Assembly (NCBI RefSeq): GCF_020745735.1
Contig: NC_083406.1
Coordinates: forward strand, 103,641,164 to 103,705,163
Direction of reading: 5' to 3'
Source: Hemiscyllium ocellatum
Taxonomy: Eukaryota
Length of the DNA: 64,000 bases
A program made the position numbers and the translations under genes. Each line of letters begins with the position of its first letter. The first letter of the stretch is position 1. The notes beneath the pieces were generated by a model, which saw only the letters and a list, made by a program, of their open reading frames with translations, was not told the DNA's origin and made no database searches. Shown here piece by piece: positions 61,439 through 64,000 of this stretch.

Positions 61439-61884
61439 GTAAGAGGTGATGTTATGGCAAGGATTAGAATTCGCGTTTACTTTGATGGGAACGGGCTCGG
61501 AGAATACTGGTCCCGATGGAGAATCCGTTTGATGAAGGGATGAGCTCCTTCACCCTCCACCCGCTCAGTTGCTAGCCGCAGGAGGAAAGCATTAGGCCTC
61601 TGCTGATGGGAGGGAACCTGTCAACTGGAGCAGCAGAACCATTTGTTGCAAAAGTGGTGCAATCATGAGTTGCAGTTCATGAACAGCGCAGAAACGGATT
61701 CTCGTCTTTTTATTTGGAAGAGGTTGAGGGAGGCGGTGTTCACTTGCTGTTAATTTAAAACCAGCTGAGACCACTCATTTCTATTTCCACACTTATGCTA
61801 CATATCTCCTAATTAATTCTCTTCCTCTGTCTCGATTGAAGCAGTCTGCGTCCTTACGTGCAGCAGGCACCTTTCTACTGTACA

Positions 61885-61995
61885 GAAGGACTTTCATTTA
61901 TATAGAGCCCTTTTTTTTTAAACCTCACCATCCCAAAGTGCTTCACAACCAATTAAGTAACTTTGCAAGTGTCAACACTGTTGCAGTGTAGGACA
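61885..61995 (-). mobile_element. L2-type / DeuSINE 3' tail fragment
   Basis: The minus strand reads ...GCACTTTGGGATG...GCTCTATATAAATGAAAGTCCTTC. Confidence 0.55.
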
Positions 61996-62729
61996 TGAAT
62001 GAAGCAAATAAGCTTTCACTAACATAAATTGAATACATAAACGTTGGTTTATAAAATGAGAGAAATGCAGAAACAGCCTTTCAGCTCATCTTGTTTGTAC
62101 TGGTTCTCTGAGTGAGCTTCTCATTAAGTGATATCAGCACTCTTGCAATCATTAGGGCAATTTATGAGAATTCCAGCACAAGGAGAAACCAACATGCAAT
62201 ATTGCACGAGAAGCAAGTGCTGATTGGCAAGTGGACTCATTGGTAGAGGTGTTGTCATGGTGAAAATACCAGTTAACTGGTCAGCTTTGTTTAAATTTTA
62301 AACCAGTCACCTTGACTCTGATTGTGGCATTATCCTGAGAAGTAAACTAACAAATGAGTTGAAATAGTGTGGTGTGTGTTCTAGCATTTAAATATCAATC
62401 ATTATTAGTACATTCTTCATGGCAATGCATTTGCCAAGCAAACAACACCATCATGCTCTGTAAATGTTCATTTTCCCCTTGACTTGATGTTGCAAATTGC
62501 TTTGGTGAGTGTAGCTGTAAAAGCAATGAGTGATCATGCCTTGAAAGACTTCAGGCCTAAGTTCTAGATTTACCTTTTATGCCCCTGTAACTGGTATTCT
62601 TTCTTTAAGATGTTCCTCAAAACTACTATCCAGTCATCTGATCCAATATCTTATGAGGCTTGATGTTTGTTTTGTTTATGATCTTCCTGTGAAGCATCTT
62701 GGGAGTTTTATGTTAAAAGCTTCAGAAAT

Positions 62730-63905
62730 ATTTTGTGAAGAAGTAACAAAGAGGAGGATTGATGAGGGCAGACTATTTGAACTTTAGTCAGGCATTCAAC
62801 AAGATTCCTCATGATTGCAAGGTTAGATCACACGAGATTTAGGGAGAACTAGCTATCTGGATACAGAACTGGCTTGAAGGTATAAGATGTTGGTGGACAG
62901 TTGCTTTTCAGACTGTAGGCCTGAGGTGTGTCACAAGGATCGGTGCTGGGTCAACTGTTTTTTGTCACTTATACAATGGATGTGAACATAGGAGATACGG
63001 TTACTGTGTTTTCAGATGACACTAAAATTGGAGATACAGTGAACGGAGTGGAAGGTTGCCTCAGTAAAACGGGATCTTGATCAGATGGGCCATTGGGCTG
63101 AGGAGTGGCAGATGGAGTTTAATTTTAGATAAATATGAGGTACTACAATTTGGAAAGGCAAATCAAGGCAGAGCTTATACACTTAATGATAAGATCCTGG
63201 GGAATGTTGCTGAACAATGACCTTGGTGTTGCAGGTTCATAGTTCTTTAAAGGTGGAGTCACAGGTAGGTAAGATAATGAAGGTGTTTGATATGCTTTCC
63301 TTTATTGGTCAGTGCATTGAGTATAGGAGTTGGGGGGTCACGTTATGGCTGTACAAGGCATTGGTTTGGCCACTTTGGAGTTATGTGTGCAGTTCTAGCC
63401 TCCCTCCTATAGTATGGATATTATGAAACTTGAAAGGGTTCAGAAAAGATTTACAAGAATGTTATCATGATTGGAGGCTTTGAGCTACAAGGAGAGGCTG
63501 GATAGGTTGGGCCTATTTTCCCTGGAGTGTCAGAGGCTGAGAGGTGACCTTGTAGAGATTTTAAAAATTAAAGTGCGTGGATAGAGTAAGTAGACAGGTC
63601 TTTTCTCTGGGGACGTAGGAGTCCAAAACTAGAGGGCATAGATTTAAGGTGAGAGGGAAAAGATATAAAAGCACCTGAGGGACAACCTTTTCATGCAGAG
63701 GGTGGTGTATTTATGGAATGAGCTGCCAGAGGAAGTGGTGGCGGCTGGTGTGATTACAACATTTAAGTCATCTAGATGGTTGTATGAATAGGATGGAGTT
63801 TGAGGGATATAGGCCAAATGGGGCTAGATTAATTTAAATATCTGGTTGGCATGGATGAGTTGGACTGAAGGATCTGTTTCTGTGCTGTGTATCTCTGACT
63901 CTATG
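62730..63905 (+). mobile_element. CR1 (HER1-like) RT and 3' end
   Basis: FSDDTKIG, WAEEWQMEF, LERVQKRFTRML remnants; CTCTGACTCTATG tail. Confidence 0.9.
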
Positions 63906-64000
63906 AAATAGAAGGTGTTGATGGATGTTGACTAAAGAATTAATTTGACAATGAAATCAAAACAACGTTTGAAAACTATTTTTAGTTAGTAACTAGCCAA

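Overview
Eukaryotic, repeat-rich vertebrate genomic DNA. The HE1-like V-SINEs, SacSINE1-like SINE and CR1 families point to a cartilaginous fish, most likely a shark (inference). Two complete spliced genes sit head-to-head on a CpG-island promoter at about 25.0-25.8 kb: UNC50 (minus strand, 5 coding exons, 259 aa) and COA5 (plus strand, 3 exons, 75 aa). A second CpG-rich promoter with a splice donor at about 61.2-61.44 kb probably starts an unidentified plus-strand gene. Most of the rest is transposable element. It includes a full-length L1 with both ORFs intact and a 13-bp TSD (5336-11153), a 5'-truncated CR1 with an open EN-RT frame (57110-60645), many decayed CR1 pieces, a Rex1/Babar fragment, another EN/RT LINE family, seven HE1-like SINEs, Penelope-type mini-elements with decayed hammerhead cores and a Harbinger remnant. 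The best leads are: (i) a U_UUA_AAC slippery site plus hairpin at the CR1 ORF1/ORF2 junction, suggesting -1 frameshifting; (ii) scattered pseudo-exons that may be a decayed F-box/LRR gene at 34.6-60.7 kb; (iii) a tRNA-like Pol III head fused to LINE endonuclease sequence; (iv) a stop-encoding NAGNAG acceptor in COA5. Boundaries of decayed repeats are approximate, and all family assignments were made by eye without database searches.
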